40,296 nt of DNA from a virus (taxonomy: Duplodnaviria; Heunggongvirae; Uroviricota; Caudoviricetes). The notes below the pieces were generated by a model that saw nothing but the letters and a program-made list of their open reading frames with translations, was not told where the DNA came from and did not search any database. Of this stretch, positions 38,973 to 40,296 are shown piece by piece. Location of the stretch: the IMG/VR virus record IMGVR_UViG_2585427770_000004; one strand, 5' to 3'. Within the stretch, counting starts at the first letter, position 1; every line of letters starts with the position of its first letter. Made by a program: the position numbers and the translations under genes.

Positions 38973-39353
38973 TTGCCAGAATTAATCGAGGGCATGGAAG
39001 TTTCCATTGATGTAAGCACTTGTGATGCTGATTTAGGCAATCGCTATTTCGGCACCGTCACCGAGGCGTTAGAACTTGATACAGCCAAGAATGGTTACAT
39101 CCTCCTGGTTCAGGACGCAGAGACAAACTTCGATGTAAATGGCAACTCTCCGGGAACTCCGGATAGTTGGATTCCGGTAAGCGAAAGGATGCCGGAACCT
39201 TATGAATACGTTCTTGTAACTGATGGTTTTGATGGCTGTGAGGTTATGCGTGTTAATACAGATGGCTACTGGGGGCCAGCAAAGAGTTTATATCCAGGTA
39301 GTATTACCCACTGGATGCCACTGCCAGCAGCACCGCAGCAGGATGGTGAATGA
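38973..39353 (+). CDS. DUF551-like protein
   Basis: 126 aa; C-terminal YVLVTDGFDGCEVMRVNTDGYWGP...ITHWMPLPAAP resembles the DUF551 domain common in lambdoid early regions. Confidence 0.45.
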   Translation: MPELIEGMEVSIDVSTCDADLGNRYFGTVTEALELDTAKNGYILLVQDAETNFDVNGNSPGTPDSWIPVSERMPEPYEYVLVTDGFDGCEVMRVNTDGYWGPAKSLYPGSITHWMPLPAAPQQDGE

Positions 39354-39471
39354 TGCCGCCAGTTAAAGTTGTGATTATCACTTTGGTGATGATAGTGATT
39401 GCGAGAATCATGTCTGGTGAAGTTTGGTGGATATAGTAATGGCTAAGGCAGCAGCAGAGCGCAACTAACAA

Positions 39472-39528
39472 TCCTCGCATTCGCGGGGATTTCTTTTATC
39501 TGAACTCGCTACGGCGAGTTTTGTTTTA
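39472..39528 (+). terminator. Tandem rho-independent terminators
   Basis: TCCTCGC-ATTC-GCGGGGA then TTTCTTTTAT (39472-39499); CTCGC-TACG-GCGAG then TTTTGTTTTA (39505-39528). Confidence 0.55.
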
Positions 39529-39540
39529 TGGAGATGATAA

Positions 39541-39708
39541 ATGTACTTCCGAGTCACAGGTGAATGGAATGGAGAACCATTCAACAGAGTTATCGAAGCC
39601 GAGGACATCAACGACTGCTATAACCACTGGATGATATGGGCGCAGATAGCGCATGCAGACGTAACCAATATTCGATTTGAAGAACTGAAAGAACACCAAG
39701 CCGCCTGA
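39541..39708 (+). CDS. Small hypothetical protein
   Basis: 55 aa MYFRVTGEWNGEPFNRVIEAEDINDCYNHWMIWAQIAHADV..., bracketed by terminators; under the track size cut-off. Confidence 0.35.
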   Translation: MYFRVTGEWNGEPFNRVIEAEDINDCYNHWMIWAQIAHADVTNIRFEELKEHQAA

Positions 39709-39724
39709 TGGCGGTTTTTTTTAT
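39701..39724 (+). terminator. Rho-independent terminator
   Basis: CCGCC-TGAT-GGCGG followed by TTTTTTTTAT. Confidence 0.6.
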
Positions 39725-39736
39725 TTGGGGTAGTAG

Positions 39737-39952
39737 ATGGCTGCAATTCACATTGTATCAATAACATGCAATGCAATTCAGATAGTTGCTTGCATTATCT
39801 TTGTTTTCTCAATCCTTCGCTCCCGACGATATTCTCCAGCAATTAACCGACATCCTGCACAAGTTGAAGCCGTCAGGATGGCTATAGAGTTACGAAATGA
39901 GATGAATAAGGCATTAATTGAGATGGAGAAACCATTCACTGACAAACATTAA
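39737..39952 (+). CDS. Small membrane protein (moron-like)
   Basis: 71 aa; hydrophobic N-terminal helix IVACIIFVFSIL; AT-rich; terminators on both sides. Confidence 0.4.
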   Translation: MAAIHIVSITCNAIQIVACIIFVFSILRSRRYSPAINRHPAQVEAVRMAIELRNEMNKALIEMEKPFTDKH

Positions 39953-40029
39953 GAGTGGAAATAAAGAAATCACACCACCTCACTCTCAATGAGGCATTTT
40001 CATTTATCAAGATATCCAGACCTACCATC

Positions 40030-40053
40030 ACCGCATCAATGCGGTTTTTTATT
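40030..40053 (+). terminator. Rho-independent terminator upstream of xis
   Basis: ACCGCAT-CA-ATGCGGT followed by TTTTTTATT. Confidence 0.55.
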
Positions 40054-40095
40054 GCCTGATTTGCAGGTTCGATTCCCTATTCGGAGATAGCACTC

Positions 40096-40296
40096 ATGCA
40101 ACACGAACTACAGCCTGATTCCCTGGTTGATTTGAAATTCATCATGGCCGATACTGGCTTCGGTAAAACCTTCATCTATGACCGGATTAAGTCCGGCGAC
40201 CTGCCAAAAGCCAAAGTTATCCACGGTCGAGCAAGATGGTTATATCGTGACCATTGTGAATTCAAAAATAAGCTCTTAAGCCGCGCCAATGGGTAA
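40096..40296 (+). CDS. xis: Excisionase / AlpA-family DNA-binding protein
   Basis: 66 aa; LVDLKFIMADTGFGKTFIYDRIKSGDLPKAKVIHGRARWLYRDHCEF fits the AlpA/Xis winged-helix family; immediately upstream of int in the circular map. Confidence 0.65.
   Translation: MQHELQPDSLVDLKFIMADTGFGKTFIYDRIKSGDLPKAKVIHGRARWLYRDHCEFKNKLLSRANG

Larger units (their letters stand above)
1..40296. mobile_element. Complete P22-like (lambdoid) temperate phage genome, circularly permuted so that xis ends the window and int starts it
   Basis: Contiguous integration, cargo, virion, lysis, nin, replication, immunity and recombination modules; window length is typical of P22/Sf6/HK620-type genomes; xis stop at 40294-40296, int ATG at 1-3. 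Confidence 0.85.

Overview
The window reads as a complete, circularly permuted genome of a mosaic P22-like (lambdoid) temperate phage of Enterobacteriaceae: a tyrosine integrase ATG sits at base 1 and an AlpA-type excisionase stop codon at base 40296. All calls rest on reading the six-frame translations and the DNA against remembered protein families and phage sequences; no database search or folding program was run, so percent identities are not given. Layout: int (+), a low-GC cargo island (1159-6252), then a minus-strand late region with tailspike, P22-type immI (ant-arc / mnt), ejection proteins gp16/gp20/gp7, gp14, tail needle, gp10, gp4, coat, scaffold, portal, TerL, TerS, a Rha-like gene, a lambda-like lysis cassette (S, R, Rz/Rz1) and late leader, a Q-like gene, a lambda-like nin region, DnaB-like helicase, O-like initiator with ori iterons, cII-like, and P22-like cro / c2 with operators. 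The plus-strand early-left operon follows: N-like gp24 with nutL, three unknown ORFs, cIII-like, Erf, an SSB-like protein, an Abc2-like protein, Ea22/DUF551-like ORFs and xis. The best candidate for undescribed biology is the cargo island between int and the tailspike: an AsnB-like synthetase-domain protein lacking the glutaminase cysteine, an Oac-like family-3 acyltransferase, and a two-gene unit in which a perfect LexA box precedes a UmuD'-like (HumD-like) gene followed by an orphan beta-helix protein with no virion-attachment domain. Other points worth a second look are two signal-peptide proteins coupled to mnt, an acidic protein in the early-left anti-defence slot, and an in-frame opal codon in Rz.
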